Shown one piece after another: positions 17,606-25,716 of a DNA stretch of 45,932 nucleotides (positions are counted from its first letter, which is position 1; each line of letters starts with the position of its first letter). A model generated the notes under the pieces. It was given only the letters and a program-made list of their open reading frames with translations, was not told the origin of the DNA and did not search any database. The stretch lies in the IMG/VR virus record IMGVR_UViG_3300037511_000088, positions 1 through 45,932 of that record, one strand, 5' to 3'. Both the position numbers and the translations under genes were made by a program. The stretch comes from a virus.

Positions 17606-17997
17606 GGCTGGACCGTCCGGGTGAGGCGAGCAAAAATGCCTTCCGCGCTACGTTCAGCGTCGATCTGCTGAGCGTCGGGCAATCGCCGCGCAATGGCCGT
17701 TACAAGCCCCTCGCCGGTCACGAGATCGCCCGCCAGTTCCGTGTGGTCGAGGTCCGCGCAGGCATCCTCAAGCCGCGCCTTCAAATTCAAAGCGCAATTG
17801 CCGATCAGGAACCACGCTTTGATGACCCATGTGTGGCCGTGAAGCCGCCCGTCTTCCCCGCGATGCGCTGAGCAGATATGCGTGGATACGCCAGTCAGGA
17901 CCATGCTTGCGCTCCAGCCGGTCAGCATATCGGTTTCGTCCGGTCCATTGAGCAGTTCGCTCGCCAACGACAGGGTCTTCGGCGTCAATCCAGTCAT
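17602..17997 (-). CDS. QueD / 6-pyruvoyl-tetrahydropterin synthase-like protein (131 aa from ATG 17997; alternative starts 17928 and 17904).
   Basis: SAHR...DGRLHGHTWVIKAWF...ADLDHTEL aligns by eye with E. coli QueD AAHRL...CGRLHGHSF...RLDHHYLN. GC3 favours this frame from 17997. Confidence 0.6.
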   Translation of the reverse strand: MTGLTPKTLSLASELLNGPDETDMLTGWSASMVLTGVSTHICSAHRGEDGRLHGHTWVIKAWFLIGNCALNLKARLEDACADLDHTELAGDLVTGEGLVTAIARRLPDAQQIDAERSAEGIFARLTRTVQP

Positions 17998-18620
17998 AGC
18001 GGTGCCCGTTCTGCGCGAGGCTGGTGCTGTCCGCCCCGATGAACGGGTAGTCGAACGCCACCTTGATCCCGCGCAGCATGTGCAGCGGGTGCCAGTGATT
18101 CCCCATGAGTTGGGCAACCTCGTCCATCTTCCGGCGGTATGCATCGCATCCAACCGGCTCCCGCTTCGGATCGCCGATCCAGCCTAGACAGACCCGATCG
18201 TAGCGCTCGCACAGCCTGCCTAGCCGCTCTATCGGGCCGTCCATGTGCCAGACTGGCGCGCCCCTGGATCGCCCATAGGGCCAGTCGTTCAGAAGCCCGT
18301 CGTTGAGCTGGGACGGAGCAGAGGGAATATCGGGGATGATCGCCCACCGCCCCGGCTGCCACAGCATCGGATCGAGCCACCTGTGATAGTCCGACCATTC
18401 CAGCTTCGCCGCGTCCTCTGGAGCAGCACCGGCCCGAAGCGCCGCCATCCAAATTGAGAAGCCGCCCGGATCGAAACATCAGGTACGGGCAAGCAGCCAG
18501 CACCCTCCGTAGCTGATCGGGGCGAAAGAATGAGACGCAGGCAGCGCGGCCCGGCATCACTGCATCAAACGCAGCGTTCGGCGTCATCGGCGTGCCGTGA
18601 TAGATCACAGCCTCACCCAT
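17994..18620 (-). pseudogene. DpdA / tRNA-guanine-transglycosylase-like gene split over reading frames. Either a pseudogene or recoded.
   Basis: The N-terminal 49 codons (ATG 18620, GGAGGTG RBS) run in one frame up to ATG-TTT-CGA at 18479-18471. The protein-like sequence then continues in the +1 frame from 18478 to about 18000, with no stop there. Confidence 0.55.
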
Positions 18621-18993
18621 TTCCCACCTCCGTAAAGGTTGGAGAGGGGGAGGCTTTGGCGATTGCGGCGCGGGCATGCCTGATGACGTCGGGGTAAAGG
18701 GCGTCGTCGGCCAACTTTCGGCGATAGACCGCGTTATCGAATAGCCCGAGGAAGTTTTGAACAGCTTCCAGAAGCTCAGGAGCGGCGGCGATCAGGCGGG
18801 CGTTGGCCTCCGTTTCCCTCGCGACCTTCCGGCCCGCTCCTTCGAAGACAATGGATTCGGCATTCGGTCCCACAATCGACCAATCGTCAGATGGAGACAG
18901 GGCCTGATCCGGACCAGAGGTGTGGCGCACAATCTTCCATGGACCCGGCGTATGCCCATCAACACGGATTCCGGGTATTGTCTGGTTAACCAT
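18613..18993 (-). CDS. Ea22-like early protein (126 aa).
   Basis: GGAGGG RBS before ATG 18993. Carries the HTPGPWKIV...TEANARLIAAAPELLEAV signature. Confidence 0.6.
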   Translation of the reverse strand: MVNQTIPGIRVDGHTPGPWKIVRHTSGPDQALSPSDDWSIVGPNAESIVFEGAGRKVARETEANARLIAAAPELLEAVQNFLGLFDNAVYRRKLADDALYPDVIRHARAAIAKASPSPTFTEVGNG

Positions 18994-19777
18994 TAAGCCC
19001 TCCAACGGTTTGGGTGGGGGACTTGGCGATCAGTGCCCGCCCGATCAGTTCGGGGATCTGCGGAACTACGGCGTTTCCGAGGCTGTGCAGTCGGTCCACC
19101 CAATCGGCAGGCCGGTCATCCATTCCCCGAAGCAGGGGTTGAGGAAAACGATCATCTCCACCAAAGGCAGAATACGCGACGTCGAACAGATCCGCCGAGC
19201 CACCCGGCCACCCTTGTCCAGTCGCGCCAGCACGGACGCTCTCGAACAGTCCTTCCATTCGCTGGCCGGCAGGGTAGGCAGCAATCCACGCCCGTTTGCG
19301 GGCCTGAGGGGCGCCGACCGCGAAGGCTGGCACAGTATCCCATTCCGCATCGTACCGGCGTGCGGCAAGGCACCGGAGTACGACGTCAAGTCCGTCCCCG
19401 GTGAGGCGATCGACGTTTTCGATGACGACCGCTTCCGGTTCGAGTTCGCCGATGAGGCGATCATATTCGAACCATAGCCCGCTCTGATCTCCGTCGAGCC
19501 CGCTGTCTCCACCGTGGACAGATGCGGCGATGCTGACATTCTGGCAGGGGAAGCCGCCCCAGATGGCGTCCACAGCAATTCCATCGGCAGCGAGCCGTTC
19601 AGCGGTAAGGCTGCGCACGTCGTCATAGCAGGGGACCTCGGGCCAGTGCTTGGCCAGCACGCGCCGGCAGAAGGGGTCGATCTCGCAGAACGCCACGGTG
19701 CGGAAGCCGCCCGAACGCTCCATGCCGAGATCGAACGCTCCGATGCCGGAGAAAAGGGAGAGGCCGCGCTTCATCAC
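18986..19777 (-). CDS. DNA (cytosine-5)-methyltransferase (about 262 aa).
   Basis: Motif I LFSGIGAFDLG, motif IV GGFPCQ, VVIENV, and motif X LGNAVVPQI. ATG at 19774 (GTG at 19777). Confidence 0.85.
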   Translation of the reverse strand: MMKRGLSLFSGIGAFDLGMERSGGFRTVAFCEIDPFCRRVLAKHWPEVPCYDDVRSLTAERLAADGIAVDAIWGGFPCQNVSIAASVHGGDSGLDGDQSGLWFEYDRLIGELEPEAVVIENVDRLTGDGLDVVLRCLAARRYDAEWDTVPAFAVGAPQARKRAWIAAYPAGQRMEGLFESVRAGATGQGWPGGSADLFDVAYSAFGGDDRFPQPLLRGMDDRPADWVDRLHSLGNAVVPQIPELIGRALIAKSPTQTVGGLNG

Positions 19778-19917
19778 GCCGCAGCCGCAATGCTGTAGGC
19801 CGCATTCAGCGAATGGCAGACGCGAGGATCGCGGGTCACGCCGTAGACGAAATACTCGCCGTCAAGCAGCCAGATTTCGCAGCGCGCGTCACGGTGGATC
19901 AGTTCGGCATCGGCCAT
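19774..19917 (-). CDS. Small protein (47 aa), the first ORF downstream of attP.
   Basis: GGAGG RBS 6 nt upstream of ATG 19917. Its stop overlaps the MTase start. Confidence 0.5.
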   Translation of the reverse strand: MADAELIHRDARCEIWLLDGEYFVYGVTRDPRVCHSLNAAYSIAAAA

Positions 19918-19920
19918 TTT

Positions 19921-20108
19921 CCGCCTCCAGAATGTTTTCACACGATCCCGGAATGGACGGCTTTCAGGGCCTATGTTTTCCGAGAACGAAGCGGGAAGAC
20001 CGGCTTCGTTCCGACACTCTGCGATAACACCAATATAAATGCAAGCCCTTTTGTAAGCTGGCCTCACAAAAATGTTTGCACATGCTTTGAATATTCCCGC
20101 TTCGTTCC
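19921..20108. other. Putative attP region (non-coding, locally AT-rich, repeat-dense) abutting the integrase stop codon.
   Basis: A 12-nt motif appears three times: 19984-19995 inverted, 20000-20012 and 20096-20108 direct. ATGTTT[TG]C occurs three times. AT-rich core at 20031-20095. Confidence 0.45.
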
Positions 20109-21116
20109 TCATGCCGATTTCTCCCACTTGAGGATGGCGGCGCCGGCCATTTTCTTGTTGTCCCGACGCTTGGCGTAGTGCTCCACGACACGCAGCGACT
20201 GGCCGGAGATCGATGAGGTTTCGCCAGTCGAGCAGCCCGCTTCCAAGAGAGCGTTCACAGCATTCTTGCGCAGACCATGCGGTTCGACCTTGAAGCCGAG
20301 CTTGGCGGCGAAATCCTGAAGGTGCGTGCGAACCGTCTGCGTCTTCGCTGGGCGCCCCTTGCTGTCGAACAGGATCGTCATGGCCGTGCGCGGGGTGCCA
20401 TCCAGAATGGCCTTCAGTCCGGTGTGCAGCGGGATCGACAGCAACTTGCCCGTCTTTTGCTGCGTGACGTTCAGGTGGCCGTCCTCGATATCGCTCCACC
20501 GGATCCGGCAAACGTCACCGATGCGCTGGGCGGTGTAGAGCAACAGTGCGACGGGCAACTGGACCTTGTCGTCCTTCAGCGCCGCATCCAGTAGCTCTTG
20601 CGGCCATGGCTCGTACTCTCGCTTGCCCGCGTACATTTCAATGCCGGCAGTCGGGTTGATCGAGATCATCTCGCGCTTGATCGCGTAGGCGAAGATGTTG
20701 CGCGCGACGAGGAGCATCATGTTCGCGGCCTGTGGCGTGCCTGCGGCATTATCCATCATCAGCTGAATGTCTTTGCGCTTGATGTCGTCGATCACCGCAT
20801 CGGCGCCGATCAGGTCGACCAGCTTCTCGATGTAAAAACTGTATGTGCGCTGGGTGCCGTCCGAGCGATCTGCGAACTTCGGGCTGTTCTCGTACAGGCG
20901 GGCAACGTCTCCAAGGTTCGGAAGGGTGGCGATGCCGTCCCGCTTCGACCTGGCGCCGAGCTGCGCCGCATAGGCATGCCCCCAGCTCATCTTGTCCTTC
21001 TTGTCGGGCAGGCGGACATATTTGCGCTTTCCGCGCACGTCCTTACCCGTGTCGAAGTAGTAATAATCGTTGCCGCGAGCGCGGACATGTTTCACATATT
21101 GGGGCTGCTTAGCCAT
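20109..21116 (-). CDS. int: Tyrosine recombinase (phage integrase; 335 aa from ATG 21116).
   Basis: C-terminal catalytic region HGLRKNAVNALLEAG...VVEHYAKRRD (H-x-x-R...Y). The arm-binding-like N-terminus overlaps xis by 8 nt. Confidence 0.85.
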   Translation of the reverse strand: MAKQPQYVKHVRARGNDYYYFDTGKDVRGKRKYVRLPDKKDKMSWGHAYAAQLGARSKRDGIATLPNLGDVARLYENSPKFADRSDGTQRTYSFYIEKLVDLIGADAVIDDIKRKDIQLMMDNAAGTPQAANMMLLVARNIFAYAIKREMISINPTAGIEMYAGKREYEPWPQELLDAALKDDKVQLPVALLLYTAQRIGDVCRIRWSDIEDGHLNVTQQKTGKLLSIPLHTGLKAILDGTPRTAMTILFDSKGRPAKTQTVRTHLQDFAAKLGFKVEPHGLRKNAVNALLEAGCSTGETSSISGQSLRVVEHYAKRRDNKKMAGAAILKWEKSA

Positions 21117-21351
21117 TGCCGTAGAGCTTCGATTTCGAGCGCCAGTCGGGGATGCTATCACCGGACAGGCGGTCAAGCCACTGATCCAGGGTGATGCGGC
21201 TCCAGCGCTCTTCTGCGCCGACCCTGAGCGGCAACGGCAAGCGGCCGGCGGTGACTTCCCGCTCCAGCTCGTCCGACTTCATGTCGAGATATGCTGCAGC
21301 CGTCGCGCGCTTCATGAGGCGGGGCCAATCGGGAAGCGATACCCTGCTCAT
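21109..21351 (-). CDS. xis: Excisionase / AlpA-type HTH protein (80 aa).
   Basis: LMKRATAAAYLDMKSDELEREVTAGRLPLPLRVG...RWSRITLDQWLD pattern. Lies directly upstream of int. Confidence 0.65.
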   Translation of the reverse strand: MSRVSLPDWPRLMKRATAAAYLDMKSDELEREVTAGRLPLPLRVGAEERWSRITLDQWLDRLSGDSIPDWRSKSKLYGNG

Positions 21352-21581
21352 TGCTCTCCCCCTGTGGGTGTATCAGGGGTGATAGAAGGGGCGAATTTCT
21401 CCGCGAGCGTTTCAAGGTTGATGGCGATGTCCGAGGCCATGCTGTTGATATGCTGCAATGCCCCGTAGCGGTCGCCGTGCTCGCTTGCGCATCCGGCAGA
21501 GATCGCCATGATGCCCTCCGCCTGCTCGTGGCACCACGCGATTGCGCCCTGGATTTCTTCGGCGGCGGTTATTTCGTCCAT
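21348..21581 (-). CDS. Hypothetical protein (77 aa).
   Basis: ATGA coupling at 21348-21351. Confidence 0.5.
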   Translation of the reverse strand: MDEITAAEEIQGAIAWCHEQAEGIMAISAGCASEHGDRYGALQHINSMASDIAINLETLAEKFAPSITPDTPTGGEQ

Positions 21582-21712
21582 GACTGCCCACCTTCGCGTC
21601 GAAGCGGAAAAACTGGCCGACCATCCTTGTCGTATCGCTGGCTCCGAAGAAAAGCTTCGGACGCGCGATAGTCCCTGTCGAGACGGGCGAATGCCTTTGC
21701 TGGGGTGGTCAT
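21569..21712 (-). CDS. Possible small protein (47 aa).
   Basis: ATGA coupling at 21709-21712. No family recognised. Confidence 0.35.
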   Translation of the reverse strand: MTTPAKAFARLDRDYRASEAFLRSQRYDKDGRPVFPLRREGGQSWTK

Positions 21713-22242
21713 TTGTATCGACCTTCCGCAGAATCCTGTGCGCTCTTCACGTGGAAGAGATTGCCCAGCATCTTGTCGACTTCGCCGCGCAGATGGGCGC
21801 GAACGCCGTCTTTCAGCCACGCCGCCGACTGGATCAGGTAGCGCTCGGTCTGCTTGTTGAAGTCGTCGCCCAGCACCTTTGCCATGGTGAACTCGGCGCG
21901 GGTCAGCTTGGCATACGAGGACGGCTTGCCTTTTTCGTCCACGGTCTCGGACCAGAAGCCGGCCATCAGGCGCTCCAGTTCCTTGGTGATCGTGGTCGTC
22001 TGGCCGTCGCGCTCGCCCCAGGCTGTGGTTTTCTGATATTCGCGGTGGAAGACGTTCTCCAGCGCCGCGTCCAGTTCCTTCTGAATGCGGGGCTCGACGC
22101 TTTTCAAAAACAGGGCGTCGATCTTCTTGCTGATCCGCTTCTCGACCTCGGCAAAAAGCTGGTCGTCGGTGCGCGTGAATTCCTCGACGATGCGCTCCAC
22201 GACAGCGGCCATGATCTGGTCGTTGTTGATCTCAATACCCAT
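21709..22242 (-). CDS. Hypothetical protein (177 aa).
   Basis: AAGGGAAT RBS. Ordinary amino-acid composition and high GC3. Confidence 0.6.
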   Translation of the reverse strand: MGIEINNDQIMAAVVERIVEEFTRTDDQLFAEVEKRISKKIDALFLKSVEPRIQKELDAALENVFHREYQKTTAWGERDGQTTTITKELERLMAGFWSETVDEKGKPSSYAKLTRAEFTMAKVLGDDFNKQTERYLIQSAAWLKDGVRAHLRGEVDKMLGNLFHVKSAQDSAEGRYK

Positions 22243-22257
22243 GGTCTATTCCCTTCA

Positions 22258-22776
22258 TCATCGAACTGTACTGGCGACATTGCTGCCGCCAGCTCCCTGA
22301 GAAATTGGTGAGGTGTTTTCCGCATCGGCTGCGCCGACTGGGCTCTTGCCTTCGGCTGAGCCGCTACGCGTCTCATCGCTTCGCGCTGCGATCCCTTGCG
22401 GTTCGCTCCACTCGATGCCGTGTCGTGCGCCGTATTCGTACATCGCCTCGATCACGTCGCTGAACTCGATCTTGCTCAGCCGCGAGGACTTGAACCCGAG
22501 AGGCACGAAGCCTTCACCGTCGATCCCAGGCTCGAATCGGCACTTGAAGCCGGCCGCCGACATAAAGAGGGCTTTCCAATCGTCGGTGCTCAGAACGCGG
22601 CCCTCCGGCTTGGCGCGAGCGACATCGGACAGCATTGCCCAAAGTTTGGAATTCTGTTCGGTTGTGCGGCGCGGGGCGGATATCTGAACGACGGCACCGA
22701 AAGGCGCCAAGTCGATCAGACGACGCGCCACTGCGCGCGCTGCACCGTCAAACAGCCGAACGATTTGCCCTTTCAC
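22258..22776 (-). CDS. ninB: NinB/Orf-family recombination mediator (172 aa).
   Basis: RRTTEQNSKLWAMLSDVA...DDWKALFM...LGFKSSRLSKIEFSDVIEAMYEYGARHGIEW. GGGAGG RBS before GTG 22776. Confidence 0.7.
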   Translation of the reverse strand: MKGQIVRLFDGAARAVARRLIDLAPFGAVVQISAPRRTTEQNSKLWAMLSDVARAKPEGRVLSTDDWKALFMSAAGFKCRFEPGIDGEGFVPLGFKSSRLSKIEFSDVIEAMYEYGARHGIEWSEPQGIAARSDETRSGSAEGKSPVGAADAENTSPISQGAGGSNVASTVR

Positions 22777-23134
22777 AGGTGGCCTCCCATTCCCGATCCG
22801 CCCATTCGAGCAAATCGAATCCGTGCAGATTGTTGAAAGCCGCATGGCCGATAGCGTGAACCGCCTGCGGCCCGTCCTGATGGCACCACCGACACAGCGG
22901 CGTTACCCGGCGATGCGTACGGGTAATCCGTTGGAAGCCGTCCGAGATCACATGATGGATATTGGCCGGCGCGCCGCACACCAAGCAAGGCATGGCCGCG
23001 ATACGATCCATGTGCCGCTTCTCGGCAGCCGTTGGCGCCGACCCGGCCCGTCGCTTGATGCGTTGGTGCTGGGTGCGCTCCGGCGCCTTGCGGCGTGGCG
23101 TATCGCGTTTGCGCTTGAGGGGTGTGCGGCGCAC
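22748..23134 (-). CDS. HNH-type nuclease, Ref/DUF968-like (128 aa).
   Basis: Basic N-terminus. MPCLVCG...NIHHV...TPLCRWCH...VHAIGHAAF zinc/HNH-like layout. Confidence 0.55.
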   Translation of the reverse strand: MRRTPLKRKRDTPRRKAPERTQHQRIKRRAGSAPTAAEKRHMDRIAAMPCLVCGAPANIHHVISDGFQRITRTHRRVTPLCRWCHQDGPQAVHAIGHAAFNNLHGFDLLEWADREWEATCERANRSAV

Positions 23135-23145
23135 TCATCATGGCC

Positions 23146-23766
23146 TCAGAACGGAACGTCGTCGTCGAGATCGGAATAGGCGGGCTGGTTACCGCCGCGA
23201 TCGTCGGGAAGATCGTCCTCGCGCTTCTGGCCCTTGATTGCCTCTTGGAGCCAGGGGCGCAGTTTGTCCCACGTATCGCGGTTGTCCGCGTCGTAGATCA
23301 GCGTGCCACCCTCCAGCTCAGGCGCGGGAACGCCAGCCGGAAGCTTCGCCACCGCACCGATATTGGCATAGACGCCGCCGCCGTCCTTCGGCGCGTGGGT
23401 GACGGTGATCAGGCAGGGCTTGCCGAGAATGGTCGTCACATCGAAGCGCTTCAGCTCCTCCGGCGTGAACGCCTTGCCGCGCCATGACTGGAGGATCTTG
23501 CGAAGCCCGGCCTTCTCGTGAAGCGACAGGGTGAACTTGGAGCCGATGGCCATCGGGCCTTCGTGCTGCACACCGTCCTTCTCGTATTTCAGGCGCAACG
23601 AAGGGATCTGCCAACGCAGATAGATCTTCGGTTGGACCTTCTGCTGCCCGTTATAATTGCTCTCCTGCATTCCCAAGTCGACGAACATGTCGCAGACCGC
23701 GAGATGGGAGCCTTCAGGGACGGGATCGAAATCCTTCCCGCCAGTGTCAGATGCATATGTTGCCAC
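23146..23766 (-). CDS. Single-stranded-DNA-binding-like protein (DUF669 / T7 gp2.5 type) with an acidic tail (206 aa).
   Basis: The C-terminus ...SDLDDDVPF mimics the SSB DDDIPF tail. Lies in the recombination gene neighbourhood. Confidence 0.6.
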   Translation of the reverse strand: MATYASDTGGKDFDPVPEGSHLAVCDMFVDLGMQESNYNGQQKVQPKIYLRWQIPSLRLKYEKDGVQHEGPMAIGSKFTLSLHEKAGLRKILQSWRGKAFTPEELKRFDVTTILGKPCLITVTHAPKDGGGVYANIGAVAKLPAGVPAPELEGGTLIYDADNRDTWDKLRPWLQEAIKGQKREDDLPDDRGGNQPAYSDLDDDVPF

Positions 23767-23778
23767 GGTTCATTCCTT

Positions 23779-24456
23779 TCACACGCGCTTTTCGCTGCTG
23801 ATCGTTAGTCCCGGGATGATCTTGAGGCCGGTCGCCTCCCGGGTGGCGAGCGTCTGGAGAAGTTCGAGATAATCGGCTTGGCGGTAGACCCATGCCCACT
23901 TGCCGAAGGCGAGCGGGTCGGTGATGACCGCGGAATAATATGAGCGAAGGGTCACACCCGATGTTGGCACCTTCGCGTTGCTGGCGCGCTTCGCTGCCTT
24001 CGCCGCGTCCTTCGCCTGTTGCTCCAGATCGGCGCGGACAATCTGCCCCTCCAGATCATCCGGGGCGGTCGTCGTATGCGCAGCGCGCAACTTGGCGGCG
24101 GCTTCGTCGGCCTCGCGCTGTGCGGCCTCTGCAAGCGCCTTCTGCTCTTCTTCAAGCTTCACGCGCCAAGGGGTGAGCGCAGACCGGGCCGTCGATGCCG
24201 CGAGATCGCACTTGTCGAGCAGCGGCTTCCAGACCTTCTGGACCGCCTTGCTGGCTTCATCGTGCGGGCGCTTCTCGGTATCGCGCTGGGTGTCCGCTGC
24301 TTTGCGAGCGTCGCGGATCATCTCCAGCAGTTTACCCACCTCGTCGGCTTGGCCCTGCGTTTCGATCGGCTTTCCATCCAGCCATTGCTTGGCCTGATCG
24401 AACAGGTCGTCTATGTTCATGCCGTGGGTTTCGACGGGCGGCGCGTTCGGGATCAT
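23779..24456 (-). CDS. Coiled-coil hypothetical protein (225 aa).
   Basis: Long Ala/Glu/Lys-rich helical centre. Lies upstream of the SSB-like gene. Confidence 0.55.
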   Translation of the reverse strand: MIPNAPPVETHGMNIDDLFDQAKQWLDGKPIETQGQADEVGKLLEMIRDARKAADTQRDTEKRPHDEASKAVQKVWKPLLDKCDLAASTARSALTPWRVKLEEEQKALAEAAQREADEAAAKLRAAHTTTAPDDLEGQIVRADLEQQAKDAAKAAKRASNAKVPTSGVTLRSYYSAVITDPLAFGKWAWVYRQADYLELLQTLATREATGLKIIPGLTISSEKRV

Positions 24457-24773
24457 GCCGCCTCTCGCTCGCGCTTGGCCAGCTTGTCAGCCACCGCCTC
24501 GGCAGCGCTCCGCCCCGTGCCGACTTCGCAAATGCGATCAGCCGGGCAGATGAAATAGGTCGGCGGAAGCCAGCCCAGACGATCTGCATATTCCTGCTCG
24601 CGGACGACATGGCCCTGGTGGAGGAATTCGCGGACGATCAGCGGGTTTGGGATTTCTCCGTCCAGAACCCTGCGCAGATCAGGCGAGAGGATGCGCTCTC
24701 TGCGGCTCTCCCCCGAAGCGGATATGGCATCTGCCAGAGCCAGATCGGCCGCAAGCTCTGCCATACGGCTCAC
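24453..24773 (-). CDS. Hypothetical protein (106 aa).
   Basis: 4-nt overlaps with both neighbours. Confidence 0.5.
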   Translation of the reverse strand: MSRMAELAADLALADAISASGESRRERILSPDLRRVLDGEIPNPLIVREFLHQGHVVREQEYADRLGWLPPTYFICPADRICEVGTGRSAAEAVADKLAKREREAA

Positions 24774-25156
24774 AACCCACCCCCAACTGACTGAACAGTT
24801 TCCATCGTCACCTTGCGAGAGACGGCGGCAGCAGCTTTTGCGGTGAGACGGGCTTGTTCTGCTTCGGCAGCAAGGCGCTTGATACGGCGGGTGCGGTTGC
24901 CAGCGGCGATGCGGGCGGAACGCTTGGCGTGCTCCGCAGCGAGATCATTGCGGGCGATGTTGCGCTCCGCACGGAGAACGCGGATTTCGGTTGCGTAAGT
25001 CTCGACGCAGGCCTGTTCCGCAGTCAGTTGCCGCCGAAGATCAGCGCGATCCTTGTTGATCCGCTTGATCGTCCAGTCCTGCCATGGACGGGCAATCGCA
25101 AAGCCGATCCCTCCGCCCACTATCAGACTGCCAGCAGTCGCAATGAGTTCTATCAT
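24770..25156 (-). CDS. N-terminal TM + coiled-coil protein (128 aa).
   Basis: LIATAGSLIVGGGIGFAIA span, then a long charged helix. Confidence 0.5.
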   Translation of the reverse strand: MIELIATAGSLIVGGGIGFAIARPWQDWTIKRINKDRADLRRQLTAEQACVETYATEIRVLRAERNIARNDLAAEHAKRSARIAAGNRTRRIKRLAAEAEQARLTAKAAAAVSRKVTMETVQSVGGGL

Positions 25157-25167
25157 GTCGAAACTCC

Positions 25168-25713
25168 TCAGAAAGGCAGGTCGTCAGAGAGGGCACCCGC
25201 ATCAGCCTGCAGTTCGTCGCGCAGCTCCATCCACAGCTTGCCCAGCATGTTCTGGCCGTTGCGGTTCGGGCCCCAGCCCCAGAAGTCGTCGCGCCAGCTA
25301 TTCTCGACGAGTTCGCGATCTCCGGTGGCGAGCAATTTTCGGCGCACATATTCGTGCTGAGTAGCCTTTGCGCGGATGACCTTTCGCATCTCGTCGACCT
25401 TGACGTCGCCCCAGTCTGGTCGCTGAAACTGCTTGCTCTCCTGAGCAATTCGAAACGCGGCGTGTGCGGATCGCGCGGTTTTCACCAGTTCAGCGAGCTG
25501 GCTTGCCACCTCCCAACGCCACTCAGGCACTTCATGATGAGCGACAAGGTGATGCGCGCGCTGGAACCGTAGCCAATGATACGCATGCTCAGAGGTATCG
25601 AAATCAACGTTGTAGGACCAATTGATCCTGAACGATGAGAAGTTCGACAGCACGTAGAAGTCGTGCTCGTAGAAAAATACCTGGGCAGGCGTGTCCATTC
25701 CGTTGATATCCAT
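25168..25713 (-). CDS. NADAR (YbiA-like/DUF1768) domain protein (181 aa).
   Basis: FFYEHDFYVLSNFSSF...TSEHAYHW...WGDVKVDEMRKVIRAKATQH...LLATGDRELVENSWRDDFWGWG...GQNMLGKLWMELR. Confidence 0.75.
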   Translation of the reverse strand: MDINGMDTPAQVFFYEHDFYVLSNFSSFRINWSYNVDFDTSEHAYHWLRFQRAHHLVAHHEVPEWRWEVASQLAELVKTARSAHAAFRIAQESKQFQRPDWGDVKVDEMRKVIRAKATQHEYVRRKLLATGDRELVENSWRDDFWGWGPNRNGQNMLGKLWMELRDELQADAGALSDDLPF

Positions 25714-25716
25714 GGG

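Noticed and set aside
17994-18677. The 227-aa ORF read straight through as a single intact protein.
   Set aside because: Only its first ~50 codons after ATG 18620 look like protein. The rest is low-complexity Arg/Gly/Ala sequence, while the +1 frame carries the conserved TGT/DpdA-like motifs and high GC3.
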